DNA from: Candidatus Endomicrobiellum basalitermitum
GTDB taxonomy: Bacteria > Elusimicrobiota > Endomicrobiia > Endomicrobiales > Endomicrobiaceae
Direction of reading: 5' to 3'
Assembly (NCBI GenBank): GCA_031282525.1
Contig: JAITDN010000001.1
Span: forward strand, 37,977-101,976
DNA: 64,000 nt
Position numbers and translations under genes: made by a program. Below are positions 40,091-51,477 of the stretch, piece by piece (position 1 is the first letter of the stretch; each line of letters starts with the position of its first letter). The notes beneath the pieces are model-generated. The model was not told the DNA's origin, did no database searches, and worked only from the letters and a program-made list of their open reading frames with translations.

Positions 40091-41881
40091 ATGATGTCTA
40101 ATATAAGAAATTTTTGCATTATAGCTCATATAGATCATGGGAAAAGTACAATTGCTGATAGACTTCTTGAGTATACTGGAACAATTTCTCAAAGAGAAAT
40201 GAAAGACCAAATTCTTGATGGCATGGAGCTAGAAAGGGAAAGAGGTATAACTATAAAGGCTAAAGCTGTAAGAATGAGTTACATAACTAAAAATGGTGAA
40301 AAATATATATTTAATTTGATTGATACACCTGGACATGTGGACTTCACATATGAAGTATCAAGGGCTCTTGCTGCGTGTGAAGGTGCAATTTTAGTAGTTG
40401 ATGCTACCCAAGGTGTGGAGGCACAAACTTTTGCAAATACTATATTAGCAAAAGACGCAAAACTTGAAATTATCCCAGTGATAAATAAGATAGATTTGCC
40501 TACTGCCGATATTGAAGGTACTTATGAGCAAATAAAAGAAGGATTGGGAATTACTATTCCCCCTATACTTGTGAGCGCAAAAGAAGGTATAGGTACAAGC
40601 GAGATAATTGACTCAGTAATATTAAAAATTCCTCCAGCTGAAGTACTAAAAGAAAAACCATTGTCAGCTTTGATTTTTGATTCATTTTACGATTCTTATC
40701 GCGGAGTTGTAGTTATGATAAGAGTTTTTTGTGGAAAAGTCAGGAAGGGTATGAGAATTAAGTTTATGGCATCTAACGCAGAACATGAAGCACTTGAAGT
40801 CGGATGTATGAAAATAAAAATGACTGAATTAGATGAGCTTTCGTCTGGAGAAGTTGGATATGTAGTCTCAGGAGTAAAAGATATACACGATATAAAAATT
40901 GGCGATACGATTACTGAAAGCATGAATCCAACAAAATATTATCATAAAGGATATAAAGAGATTAATCCCTTTGTTTTTGCAGGACTTTATCCAACTAGTG
41001 CGTCTGAATATAGTAGTTTGAAAATTGCTTTAGAAAAATTAAGACTTTCAGATTCTTCTCTTGTATTTTCCCAAGAAGTTTCAGTTGCCTTGGGTTTTGG
41101 ATTCAGATGTGGATTTTTAGGATCTTTACATTTGGATATAGTTAGGGAAAGACTTGAGAGAGAGTTTGGTTTAAATATTCTAGTTACGGCACCAAACGTT
41201 ATATATAAAATAAAGTATAAAGGTAAGTTTGTAACAATAGACAATCCTTCAAAATTTCCAAATACTTCAAATATTGAGGAAATTTGGGAACCGTATGTTA
41301 AAACTACAATAATTTGCCCTATTGGTTTTTTAGGTTCTGTTCTTGATTTGTGTCAAAAAAGAAGAGGGAAACAAGTATTAATAAAATATATAGATGCTAA
41401 AACTATAATTTTAAAGTATCATATGCCTCTTGCAGAAATCATTGTTGGCTTTTATGATGCTTTAAAATCAGTTTCAAAAGGTTATGCCTCTTTTGATTAT
41501 GAGCATATTGATTCGCAGTTGGGCGATTTGGTAAAACTTGAGGTTGTGATAAATGCAAAAGTCGTTGATGCTTTTACGACTATAATTTGTAAAAATGAGG
41601 CACAATCTAGAGCGCGTTATCTAACTGAAAAATTGAAATGTATTATTCCAAAACATATGTTTGAAGTCCCAATACAGGCGATGATAAACAATAGAATAAT
41701 TGCCAGAGAGACTATCTCAGCGGTACGTAAAGATGTTCTTGCAAAGTGCTATGGTGGAGATATAACAAGGAAACGTAAACTTCTTGAAAAGCAAAAGAAA
41801 GGCAAACGTAAAATGAGAATGTTTGGGAAAGTGGAAATACCATCGGAGGCTTTTGTTGCGGTATTAAAAATGAGTGAATAA
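40091..41881 (+). CDS. lepA: elongation factor 4
   Basis: IRNFCIIAHIDHGKST, DTPGHVDF, GFRCGFLG, KCYGGDITRKRKLLEKQK. Confidence 0.97.
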   Translation: MMSNIRNFCIIAHIDHGKSTIADRLLEYTGTISQREMKDQILDGMELERERGITIKAKAVRMSYITKNGEKYIFNLIDTPGHVDFTYEVSRALAACEGAILVVDATQGVEAQTFANTILAKDAKLEIIPVINKIDLPTADIEGTYEQIKEGLGITIPPILVSAKEGIGTSEIIDSVILKIPPAEVLKEKPLSALIFDSFYDSYRGVVVMIRVFCGKVRKGMRIKFMASNAEHEALEVGCMKIKMTELDELSSGEVGYVVSGVKDIHDIKIGDTITESMNPTKYYHKGYKEINPFVFAGLYPTSASEYSSLKIALEKLRLSDSSLVFSQEVSVALGFGFRCGFLGSLHLDIVRERLEREFGLNILVTAPNVIYKIKYKGKFVTIDNPSKFPNTSNIEEIWEPYVKTTIICPIGFLGSVLDLCQKRRGKQVLIKYIDAKTIILKYHMPLAEIIVGFYDALKSVSKGYASFDYEHIDSQLGDLVKLEVVINAKVVDAFTTIICKNEAQSRARYLTEKLKCIIPKHMFEVPIQAMINNRIIARETISAVRKDVLAKCYGGDITRKRKLLEKQKKGKRKMRMFGKVEIPSEAFVAVLKMSE

Positions 41882-42088
41882 ACCTGTTTTATTATAGTAT
41901 TGTTTTTTTAAGTGGTGCGTATAATCGTAAAATCTTATAAATATGAAAATAAGAGTATATTTGTGTAGTAGCTATAATTAATAGTCAGTATAATGAGTAT
42001 ACTTTCATCGTAGTAATAATATAAGATATTAAAAACAAAAACTGTTTACAATTTTGTATGTAACTATGATAGGAGTGATTGTGTAGCT

Positions 42089-42868
42089 ATGGAGTTTAAA
42101 CTTTTTCTTACCGGTCTTGTTCTTTTTGTTGTAGCTATGTTCATGTTTGCCGTAAAAAAGTATTTTAAAACACCGTTATCGCAAAAATATTTTAAAAAAA
42201 TCTATTCATGGATTGATACATTTTGGTCTGCTCTCATAATAGCTTCTTTTGTTATGTTCTTTTTTATACAGGCTTTCAAAATTCCATCTGGCAGTATGAG
42301 AAATACTTTTCTTGAGGGCGATCATCTTTTTGTAAATAAATTTATTTATGGCTTTCATGTTCCTTTTACTAGTAATGGAAAACGATTTGCTGCTTTAAAA
42401 AACATTAAAAGGGGCGATATAGTTGTTTTCCAGTCTCCCCCAGAAGCTTCAGGGATTTGTAAAGAAGACGGATATCGGGTAATAAAAAAAGACTATATAA
42501 AAAGATGTGTGGCTATTGCAGGTGATGAGGTTAAGATAAAAGATAAAGTGCTTTTTGTAAATGGTGTGCGTGTTGATGATTCTTATGCGACTTTTAATGA
42601 CCTTTCTGTTTTTCAAAAAATTTATTTATTTAGCGATATGGAAAAATATCAACAAGTTTGGGAACAAGGTAAGTTTGTCTCGATTCCAGCGATTTTTATA
42701 AGAGACAATTTTGGTCCCGTAACTGTTCCTAATGGACATTATATGATGATGGGTGATAATAGGGATTTTTCTTTTGATTCGCGGTTTTGGGGACCATTGC
42801 CCGACAAGTATGTAAAAGGCAAGGCGTTGTTTCTGTATTGGCCAATTAAACGTTGGAGGATATTATGA
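42089..42868 (+). CDS. lepB: signal peptidase I
   Basis: IPSGSM (catalytic Ser), YIKRC (catalytic Lys), GDNRDFSFDSRFWG. Confidence 0.95.
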   Translation: MEFKLFLTGLVLFVVAMFMFAVKKYFKTPLSQKYFKKIYSWIDTFWSALIIASFVMFFFIQAFKIPSGSMRNTFLEGDHLFVNKFIYGFHVPFTSNGKRFAALKNIKRGDIVVFQSPPEASGICKEDGYRVIKKDYIKRCVAIAGDEVKIKDKVLFVNGVRVDDSYATFNDLSVFQKIYLFSDMEKYQQVWEQGKFVSIPAIFIRDNFGPVTVPNGHYMMMGDNRDFSFDSRFWGPLPDKYVKGKALFLYWPIKRWRIL

Positions 42869-43287
42869 CTTGGATTGTTTGGCTTGTAATTTCTGTCACA
42901 CTTGTAATTTTTGAGATGATTATGCAATCATTTTTTTTCTTCTTTTGTCTTTCCATCGGTTCTGCATTTGCGGCGGTAATATCTTATCTTAATATTTCAG
43001 ATTTGATTGAATTTGCTGTTTTTATAGTTGGCTCTATTATGTCTATATATTTTGTGAGGCCTTTATTAAAAAAAGTTTTTAGCAAATCCAAGACGATAAA
43101 TTCTAATGTTGATGCCCTTATTGGAGAGAATGCTGTAGTTATCGAAAGAATAACTCCTTTAAAGTTTGGTTCTGTGAAAATTTTAGGTGAGATATGGAGG
43201 GCTAAGTCGTTAGATATAGAGTTTGAGGTAGGGGAGATGGTGAGAATAGAAAATGTTAGTGGAACGACGCTTATAGTAAAACGATAA
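42865..43287 (+). CDS. short NfeD family membrane protein
   Basis: N-terminal TMs and OB-fold-like GSVKILGEIWRA...VSGTTLIV; GGAGG RBS; upstream of SPFH gene. Confidence 0.88.
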   Translation: MTWIVWLVISVTLVIFEMIMQSFFFFFCLSIGSAFAAVISYLNISDLIEFAVFIVGSIMSIYFVRPLLKKVFSKSKTINSNVDALIGENAVVIERITPLKFGSVKILGEIWRAKSLDIEFEVGEMVRIENVSGTTLIVKR

Positions 43288-43393
43288 AAAACATGTACTC
43301 GCTTTTTAATGATAGATGTATGATTTTACTATAACGTTGCATAATCAATAAATAAAATTAAATACTTACAAGTATTAAAAAATGGGGGTTGAT

Positions 43394-44320
43394 ATGTTGA
43401 CGCTTATTATGCTGATTGTAGTTTTTACGATTATTTTTGTAGCGAATTCTATAAAAATAATAAGGCAATATGAAAAGGGGCTTGTTGAAACTCTGGGCAA
43501 ATATACGGGTACAAGGAATTCTGGAGCAAATGTTATAATTCCCATGTTTCAAAGAATGTTAAGAGTTGATATGAGAGAGCGAGTTATTGATGTCCCTCCA
43601 CAAAGTGTTATTACTAAAGACAACGTTTCCGTAATTGTAGATGCTATTATTTATTTCCAGGTTACTGATCCCGTGAAAGTTGTTTATAATATTGAAAATT
43701 TTGCGCTGGCTGCTTTAAAGCTTGCGCAAACAAATTTAAGAAATGTAATTGGTGATATGGAGCTAGACAGCACTCTTACGTCTAGGGAAAAAATAAATAC
43801 CCAGTTAAGAGTTGTTATGGATGAAGCTACTGATAAGTGGGGAGTAAAGGTTACAAGAGTTGAGATACAAAAGATAGATCCTCCTAGGGATATTACAGAC
43901 GCTATGTCAAAGCAAATGAAAGCTGAAAGAGAAAAGAGAGCAAATATTTTAGAAGCAGAGGGTCTAAGACAAGCAGCAATTCTTAAGGCGGAGGGTGCAA
44001 AACAAGCTGTTATCCTTGATGCAGAAGCTGTGAAGGAAAAGCAAGTTTTAGAAGCTATCGGAGAAGCTGAGGCTATAAGAAAAGTTGCAGAAGCTGAAAA
44101 ATATAAAGTTGAAGTGGTGTATAATGCAATACATAAAGGTAATCCTACCAATGATCTTATTGCCATTAAATATCTTGAGGCTCTTGGAAAAGTTGCTGAT
44201 GGGAAGGCGACAAAGATTTTTCTGCCGTTGGAAACTGCTGGGGTCACGGCTTCACTTGGCGGCATAGCGGAACTCTTTAAAGATACTTCGAAGATGGAAA
44301 AAACAGCTTCAGATAAGTAG
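43394..44320 (+). CDS. SPFH/band-7 (stomatin-like, QmcA-type) protein
   Basis: VITKDNVSV, LAQTNLRNVIG, DEATDKWGVKVTRVE, KQMKAEREKRA; start could be 43382. Confidence 0.92.
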   Translation: MLTLIMLIVVFTIIFVANSIKIIRQYEKGLVETLGKYTGTRNSGANVIIPMFQRMLRVDMRERVIDVPPQSVITKDNVSVIVDAIIYFQVTDPVKVVYNIENFALAALKLAQTNLRNVIGDMELDSTLTSREKINTQLRVVMDEATDKWGVKVTRVEIQKIDPPRDITDAMSKQMKAEREKRANILEAEGLRQAAILKAEGAKQAVILDAEAVKEKQVLEAIGEAEAIRKVAEAEKYKVEVVYNAIHKGNPTNDLIAIKYLEALGKVADGKATKIFLPLETAGVTASLGGIAELFKDTSKMEKTASDK

Positions 44321-44358
44321 TTTTATAAATATTTTGAAGATATTATGATAAAAATGCT

Positions 44359-45441
44359 GTGAGAGGCCTGTATATTCACGTACCTTTTTGTATTCAGAAA
44401 TGTCTTTACTGCAATTTTTTTTCTGTGCAGTATAACGATATTTTGGCAGACAAGTATATTTATGCTTTACTAAAACATGCAGTGAAATTTAAAGATAAAA
44501 AGATAGATTCAGTTTATATAGGTGGTGGAACGCCATCAGTTTTATCTTTAAGACAGTTGCAAAAACTTTTACAATCATTGTATAAGATTTTTGATCTATC
44601 AAGAGTTCTGGAATTTACATTTGAGTTGAACCCGGAATCAGTTTCGAAAGAGAAATTACATTTTCTTAAAGAAATTGGAGTGAATAGATTGAGCGTAGGA
44701 CTTCAATCGGTTGATGATATGTCTCTAAAATTTTTAGGTAGAATACATGATTTTAAAACTTTTTGTGATGTTTATGATATAGCTAGAAAGGAGAGTTTTG
44801 ACAATATAAACATTGATTTAATGTATGGTTTGCCAGGTCAAAAGTTAGAAGATTGGGAACAAATTATAAAAAAAATTTTAATTTTTAATAGCGAGCATTT
44901 GTCTCTTTATCCTTTATCAGTAGAGGAGGATACTCAGTTTTATAGAAGTAATGTTATTGTATGTGATGATGTTCAGAGGAATATGTATGACCGAGCAACA
45001 GAAATTTTAACGAGTAAAGGATATATTCATTATGAGATTTCAAATTGGTCTAAACAAAATAGAGAGTCTTTTCACAATACAAATTACTGGCGTAATTTTG
45101 AATATATAGGTCTTGGCGCTGGATCTGCAGGATACTTGGAAAGGAAAAGATATAAAAATGTTGAGGATGTTAGTAGATATATAGGCTTACTGAAAAATGG
45201 TTGTAATGCTGAGATTGAAAATGAATATATTAACGATAGAATTTATAGCGTGGAAACTATTATATTGGGTTTAAGGCTTTTAGATGAAGGACTAGATGTA
45301 AGCTGTTTTAAAAAACCTGAACATTATAATATACTTTTAAGATGTTTAAAAGATAAAACGCTAAAAATAAAAGATGGGAAAATAAAACTTGCTAAAAAGT
45401 ATGTTTTTGTTTTTAATCAAATTGCTTCAAAATTTACCTAG
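44359..45441 (+). CDS. hemW: radical SAM heme chaperone (HemN-like)
   Basis: LYIHVPFCIQKCLYCNF (CxxxCxxC), GGGTPS, YEISNW, HNTNYW (HNxxYW). Confidence 0.88.
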   Translation: MRGLYIHVPFCIQKCLYCNFFSVQYNDILADKYIYALLKHAVKFKDKKIDSVYIGGGTPSVLSLRQLQKLLQSLYKIFDLSRVLEFTFELNPESVSKEKLHFLKEIGVNRLSVGLQSVDDMSLKFLGRIHDFKTFCDVYDIARKESFDNINIDLMYGLPGQKLEDWEQIIKKILIFNSEHLSLYPLSVEEDTQFYRSNVIVCDDVQRNMYDRATEILTSKGYIHYEISNWSKQNRESFHNTNYWRNFEYIGLGAGSAGYLERKRYKNVEDVSRYIGLLKNGCNAEIENEYINDRIYSVETIILGLRLLDEGLDVSCFKKPEHYNILLRCLKDKTLKIKDGKIKLAKKYVFVFNQIASKFT

Positions 45442-45596
45442 CTAGTAAGAATCCTTGTATGAGTTTATCTTTTCAGTAAGAATACAAAGAAGTCTTATAT
45501 CTTTATAAAATTGTAAGAATGCTTAGATAAATTATATAATTTCCCTCTCTTTATTTATAACTTACTTAAAGAAATATAAAATACGGCGGTAATTGG

Positions 45597-48215
45597 ATGT
45601 TAAAAGGTATTTTGAATGCTATTTTTGGGTCTCAAAATGAGAGAGATATAAGAGCTATAAAACCTATAGTAGAAAAAGTAAACGCTTTTGAGATTTATAT
45701 AAAAAACCTTTCAGATTATGAATTGAAATCAAAAACTTTTGAATTTAGAATGCGTCTTTCTAAAGGAGAAACTCTTGATGATATTTTGCCTGAAGCTTTT
45801 GCTTGTGTTAGGGAAGCTTCATTGAGAACAATAGGTTTAAGACATTTTGATGTTCAGATAATAGGCGGATATATTCTTCATAAAGGCAAAATTGCTGAGA
45901 TGAAAACTGGTGAGGGTAAAACTTTGGTTGCTACCCTTGCCGCATACCTTAACGCTTTACCTCAGATGGGTGTACACATAGTAACCGTAAACGATTACCT
46001 TGCTAAGAGAGATAGGGAATGGATGGGGGTAATTTATGAAAAACTAGGACTTACAATTGGCAATATTGGGCATGAGACAAAAGATGAAGATAGGAGAATG
46101 GCTTATAACTGCGATATAACTTATGTGACGAATAACGAACTTGGTTTTGACTATTTAAGAGATAATATGGTTACTACAAAAGAGGACAGAGTTCTTCGTA
46201 ATTTGAGTTATGCGATTATAGATGAAGTTGATTCAATTTTAATAGATGAAGCAAGGACGCCTCTTATCATTTCTGGTGCAATTGAACAATCAACCGATAA
46301 ATATTATGTTTCAAATAGAATTATTTCTAATTTTATTGGAAGAAAGGTTACCGAAAATGAAGAAATAAAAGCGAAATATGAAGGTGTTGATTTAACAAAG
46401 GGTTATGATTATATTGTGGATGAAAAAAACCATTCAGTTACTTTAACAGAGCAAGGTGTTCAGAAAGCCGAAAAAATGTTGGGATTAAAAGATATTTATG
46501 ATGATTTACAATCTGAATGGGTACATCATATAACACAAGCTATAAGAGCACGTAATTTATATCATAGAGATGTTGAATATGTTATAAGAAATGGCGAAGT
46601 TATTATTGTGGATGAATTCACAGGAAGACTTATGCCTGGAAGGAGATGGTCTGATGGACTTCATCAGGCAATTGAAGCAAAAGAAAACTTAAGAATTGCA
46701 GATGAAAATCAAACACTTGCGACTATAACGTTTCAAAATTTTTTTAGAATGTATGAAAAAATCGCGGGTATGACTGGGACTGCTTCAACTGAATCTGCTG
46801 AATTTTGGGAAATTTATGAGCTTGGTGTTGTTGAGGTACCGACGAACAAGCTCATGATAAGAAAAGACTATCCTGATGTTATATACAGGACTGAAAAAGA
46901 GAAATATAGTGCAATAATAGTTGAGATTGAATCTCTGTGGAAAAAGGGACAACCTGTTCTTGTAGGTACAAGATCAATAGAAAAATCCGAGAAAATTGCG
47001 ATGATGCTTAAAAGAAAAGGAATTCCTCATCAAATTTTGAACGCTAAGTATCATGAGCTTGAAGCGCAAATTATCGCTGGGGCGGGTATTAAAAGTGCAG
47101 TTACGATAGCCACAAATATGGCTGGTAGAGGTACAGATATTGTTCTTGGAAAGGGTGACCCAGTACAAAATGAAGAAGTTAAAAAATGTGGTGGACTTCA
47201 TATAATAGGTACGGAAAGGCATGAATCACGAAGGATAGATAATCAGTTGAGGGGTCGTGCGGGAAGACAGGGTGATCCTGGATCTTCTAGGTTTTTTCTT
47301 TCAATGGAAGATGAGCTTATGCGTCTTTTTGGTTCTGATAAAATGTCTACTTTAATGCGAAAACTTGGATTGAAAGAAGGAGAAGATCTTCAACATCCTT
47401 GGATATCAAAAGCTGTGGAGAGTGCACAAAGAAAAGTTGAAGGTATGAATTTTGACATAAGAAAACAGCTTATAGACTTTGATAACGTTATAAATAAACA
47501 AAGGGAAGCTGTTTATGGATTAAGAAATAAAATTCTCGATGGTGAAGATATAACAAGTACAATTAAAGATATGATAGATGAATCAGTTAAAGAAAAAGTT
47601 TCCTTATGGGCTGTTGGAAAATATTTAGAAGAATGGGATTGGACGAGTATAAAAACATGGCTACTTAAAACTTTTGATATTAAGTATGAGATTGAAAATA
47701 AAAATGAAATAAACTTTGTGAGTAAAGAGACCGTTCAGTCTAATATCTTTGAAGAAATTCTTAAAGCTTATGATAGAAGACAGGAACAGCTTACACCGGA
47801 AGTTATGTTTAATTTCCAAAGGATAATATTTTTGCAAATGATAGATTCTTCATGGAAAGATCACTTGTATGAACTTGATCAGCTAAGGCATGGTATTGGT
47901 TATATGGCATATGCTCAAAAAGATCCAAAAATTGAATATCAGAAAGAGTCTTTTGTTTTATTTGAATCTATGATGAAAAGAATAAGAGAAAATACAATGG
48001 AATATATGTTTAGAGTTCATGTTGATATAAAACCACATGAAATACTAAAACTACAGGATTTTAAATCTGATAAATTAAACTTTAATTTTGAGAAAAATAT
48101 GCTGGATAAACAGAACAAATTTGATGAAGATTTGAGCAAGATAAAAATAGGAAGAAATAATCCGTGTCCTTGTGGAAGTGGTAAAAAATACAAAAGATGT
48201 TGTGGTGTATCTTAA
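45597..48215 (+). CDS. secA: preprotein translocase SecA
   Basis: EMKTGEGKT, DEVDSILIDEARTPLIISG, RRIDNQLRGRAGRQGDPG, C-terminal CPCGSGKKYKRCC. Confidence 0.98.
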   Translation: MLKGILNAIFGSQNERDIRAIKPIVEKVNAFEIYIKNLSDYELKSKTFEFRMRLSKGETLDDILPEAFACVREASLRTIGLRHFDVQIIGGYILHKGKIAEMKTGEGKTLVATLAAYLNALPQMGVHIVTVNDYLAKRDREWMGVIYEKLGLTIGNIGHETKDEDRRMAYNCDITYVTNNELGFDYLRDNMVTTKEDRVLRNLSYAIIDEVDSILIDEARTPLIISGAIEQSTDKYYVSNRIISNFIGRKVTENEEIKAKYEGVDLTKGYDYIVDEKNHSVTLTEQGVQKAEKMLGLKDIYDDLQSEWVHHITQAIRARNLYHRDVEYVIRNGEVIIVDEFTGRLMPGRRWSDGLHQAIEAKENLRIADENQTLATITFQNFFRMYEKIAGMTGTASTESAEFWEIYELGVVEVPTNKLMIRKDYPDVIYRTEKEKYSAIIVEIESLWKKGQPVLVGTRSIEKSEKIAMMLKRKGIPHQILNAKYHELEAQIIAGAGIKSAVTIATNMAGRGTDIVLGKGDPVQNEEVKKCGGLHIIGTERHESRRIDNQLRGRAGRQGDPGSSRFFLSMEDELMRLFGSDKMSTLMRKLGLKEGEDLQHPWISKAVESAQRKVEGMNFDIRKQLIDFDNVINKQREAVYGLRNKILDGEDITSTIKDMIDESVKEKVSLWAVGKYLEEWDWTSIKTWLLKTFDIKYEIENKNEINFVSKETVQSNIFEEILKAYDRRQEQLTPEVMFNFQRIIFLQMIDSSWKDHLYELDQLRHGIGYMAYAQKDPKIEYQKESFVLFESMMKRIRENTMEYMFRVHVDIKPHEILKLQDFKSDKLNFNFEKNMLDKQNKFDEDLSKIKIGRNNPCPCGSGKKYKRCCGVS

Positions 48216-48548
48216 ATAAAAATTTTATACATAAGAGTCTTCAATTACTAAAATTTTATTGCTGAGTTAGTATTTTTGGAAATAAATCTGAGAGAGGATT
48301 TATTTGTAGTGTTATATAACAATGATAATTACATGAAGTTTTATATATTTATAAGATTTTTTAAAGATACATTTTGACATAGTAAGGATATCTTTATTCA
48401 TATGTTGTACATTTTTGCCTAGTTTAAGTAATTTTAATCTTATGCCAATTTAGTTTTGTAGTTTATCTAATTTATTAAATTAAAATTCAACAGATTTTTA
48501 TTTATGAATAAAAGAAGAGTTTAGCAAAAATCTTTAAATATTAATTAT

Positions 48549-50090
48549 ATGAAGATAAAATTAAATTATAAAAGGATTGTGCTTTGCAGCGCTACAGGAT
48601 TTTTGACTGCATCCGCATTTCCTAAATTGAATTTGTTTTTTTTGGTGTGGATATCTTTTATCCCTATGATTTTTGTACTAATAAAAACAGGATTGAAAAG
48701 TTCTTTTTTTTATAGTTTTTTCTCTGGGTTTGTTTTTAATATGTTGGGACTTTACTGGCTTGTTCCAATACTTTACTTTAATACTAGTTCTTACATACAG
48801 TCAATAGTTGCATCTTGCGTTTTATGGATTTATCTTGCACTATACTGGGGGATATGGGGCTTATGTCTAAATCTCTTGATATCAAAAAATATTCTAAAAA
48901 ATATATTTTACTCAAATATTCTTTTAGCTTTTTTTGCTTCTTGTGTGTGGATTTTACTTGAATATTTAAGAACATATTTACTTACTGGTTTTCCTTGGAT
49001 GCTTATTGGTTATTCTCAATTTGAGTTTACTGAAATTATACAAATAGCTGAATTTACCGGTGTGTATGGCGTATCTTTCTTAGTAGTATTTTGTAATTTG
49101 TGCCTTTATTTTTGGATTTCAAGAAAAAAAGAAAATTTAAAGTGTAATAATTTATATCTATTTACAGTTTTGCTACTTATTATTGTACTTTCAATATTTG
49201 GACTAACAAGAGCCAATAAATTTAGAGCTTCAGGAAATCAAGAGTTTACTGCTGTTGTTGTACAACCAAATGTAAATCAATATGAGAAATGGAATCTAGA
49301 TTATATAAGCAGTGTTTTATTAAATCTTAAAAAGTATGCTTTTGAAATTTCTAAGATTAGAGCTGATCTGGTGGTATGGCCTGAAACTGTGTTTGTAGGC
49401 TCTATCAATAAAGATGAATATTTGTACAATAATGTAAAACAAATAACTAATATTGCTGGTGGGTTTAATATTGTTGGTTCTTTTTACACTGATGAAAAAA
49501 ATAGACACTTTAATGTTGTTTTAGCTTTTGAAAATGGCAATTATATAGCTATGCATAAGAAAAATCATCTTGTGGTTTTTGGAGAATTTATTCCGTTTAA
49601 AATTTCGAATTTTTTTGGTTTTTTAAGTCAAATGAGTGATTTGACGAAAGGTGAGGATACTGAAGTTTTTAGCAATAATAAAATGAGCATAGGATCAACC
49701 ATATGTTCTGAGAATTTTTTACCGAATATCTCAAGAAGATTCGCTCTTTTTGGAGCGAAAGTTTTTACCAACCATACAAACGATGCATGGTTTTTTGATA
49801 CAGCTGCGCCATACCAGCATTTTATGATGAATGTATTTAGAGCAGTTGAGAACCGCAAGCCTGTTATAGTGTCTGCAAATTCTGGGATTTCTGGAATTAT
49901 TGAAGCGTCAGGTGTAATTGTCGGAAAGACTTTATCGTCAAAGGAAGTTTTGCTTATTGGTAAATTTTTTCAAAATGACTTTAAAACTTTTTATACAAAA
50001 TACGGTGATTTATTTGTGGGCTTATGTGCTATTTCGCTTTTAGGTTTAGCGCTTCTAAGATTAGGTCTTATTGTTAGTGGTGAGGTATAG
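48549..50090 (+). CDS. lnt: apolipoprotein N-acyltransferase
   Basis: TGFPWMLIGYSQ, VVWPET, KNHLVVFGEFIP, ICSE, TNDAWF, RAVENR. Confidence 0.93.
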   Translation: MKIKLNYKRIVLCSATGFLTASAFPKLNLFFLVWISFIPMIFVLIKTGLKSSFFYSFFSGFVFNMLGLYWLVPILYFNTSSYIQSIVASCVLWIYLALYWGIWGLCLNLLISKNILKNIFYSNILLAFFASCVWILLEYLRTYLLTGFPWMLIGYSQFEFTEIIQIAEFTGVYGVSFLVVFCNLCLYFWISRKKENLKCNNLYLFTVLLLIIVLSIFGLTRANKFRASGNQEFTAVVVQPNVNQYEKWNLDYISSVLLNLKKYAFEISKIRADLVVWPETVFVGSINKDEYLYNNVKQITNIAGGFNIVGSFYTDEKNRHFNVVLAFENGNYIAMHKKNHLVVFGEFIPFKISNFFGFLSQMSDLTKGEDTEVFSNNKMSIGSTICSENFLPNISRRFALFGAKVFTNHTNDAWFFDTAAPYQHFMMNVFRAVENRKPVIVSANSGISGIIEASGVIVGKTLSSKEVLLIGKFFQNDFKTFYTKYGDLFVGLCAISLLGLALLRLGLIVSGEV

Positions 50091-50218
50091 AGGTGGGGGG
50101 TCATATATAAAATTTTATTAAGTTAAACACAAAATTATAGATGCTTTAACAATTAAACTTGAAATCTGGATTTTGCAGTTTATTGAGAACTTATACAATA
50201 AATAAGAAGGTTTATAAA

Positions 50219-51320
50219 ATGCTTGATAAACAAAAAGAAATAATAGATGCGTTAAGGGGGTTCCTTTAATATTGATTTAAAAGTGAGTCAGATTAAGAAA
50301 CTTGAAATTGAAATGTTGAATTCTAACTTTTGGGACGATAAAAATAGAGCTAAAAAAGTTATGGCGGAACTTGATATTTTAAAAAATATTTGTCAGTCAT
50401 GGCATGATTTGAATACCCATATTAAGGATTTGATAGACTTAAGAGAGCTTGCTAGGTACGAAAACGATGAAAATCTTTTAGAGGGTATTGAAAATGGTAG
50501 CAAGAAACTTGAAAAAGATCTGTTGGTTTTTGAAACCAAAGTGAAACTCGACGATGAGCACGATAAGAATGACGCAATTATATCTATACACGCTGGTGCA
50601 GGTGGAACAGAATCTTGCGATTGGGTGCAAATGTTGATGAGGATGTATTTTAGATGGGCCGAGGATAGAGATTTTGAAATAGAAGTTGTTGATATTTTAA
50701 ATGGTGATGAAGTAGGAATAAAAAGTATAACAATGATAATAAAAGGCGATTATGCTTATGGTCTTTTACAATCAGAAGTGGGTGTTCATAGACTTGTTAG
50801 AGTTTCTCCATTCGATTCAAATAAAAGAAGACATACTTCATTTAGTTCAGTTGACGTCATAGCTGTAGCGACAGACAGTATTGATATAGTTATAGAAGAT
50901 AAAGATATAAGAGTAGATACTTACAGATCTTCTGGAGCGGGAGGTCAGCATATAAATAAGACCGATTCAGCAGTGAGAATTACCCATTTTCCGACAGGAA
51001 TAATAGTTCAGTCACAGAATGATCGTTCACAAATAAAAAACAGAATCACTGCTATGAAACTTTTAAAGGCTAGACTTTATGAATTTGAACGTGAAAAGCA
51101 ACGTGCTAGCTATGAGAAACATTATAATGAAAAAGGTTCTATAGAATGGGGTAGTCAGATACGTTCTTATGTTTTTATGCCTTATCAGCTTGTCAAAGAT
51201 CATAGGACAGGATACGAAACATCACGTTTGGATTTAATTATGGATGGAAAAATTGACGAATTTATAAATGCATATTTGTCATGGAAACTGGAAAAAAGCA
51301 ATAGTAAAAAAAATATGTAA
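50219..51320 (+). CDS. prfB: peptide chain release factor 2, +1 programmed frameshift
   Basis: ATG 50219 opens 16 codons (MLDKQKEIIDALRGFL) ending CTT-TAA; the +1 frame joins the 50283 ORF with GAGGTE, RVSPF (RF2 SPF) and GGQ. Confidence 0.93.
50255..50270 (+). other. RF2 +1 frameshift cassette (internal SD, slippery CTT-T, stop)
   Basis: AGGGGG-TTC-CTT-TAA-T: SD 50255-50260, CTT 50264-50266, TAA 50267-50269. Confidence 0.9.
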
Positions 51321-51477
51321 GGACTATTGTAAAAAATTAATAGTTATAAAATTGTGAAATCCTAAAAACTATTTTATTATAGTGTTGAATAGGAAGATTG
51401 TTTGTTTTTGCACAGATATAATAGATATAAATTTGTATTGTTTCTCTACTCTATATGTAAACTAATTCTTGTAGGTT

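Noticed and set aside
43684-44265. 193-aa antisense ORF over the SPFH gene
   Set aside because: Shadow of the Ala/Glu/Lys-rich coiled coil on the other strand; no RBS or motif.
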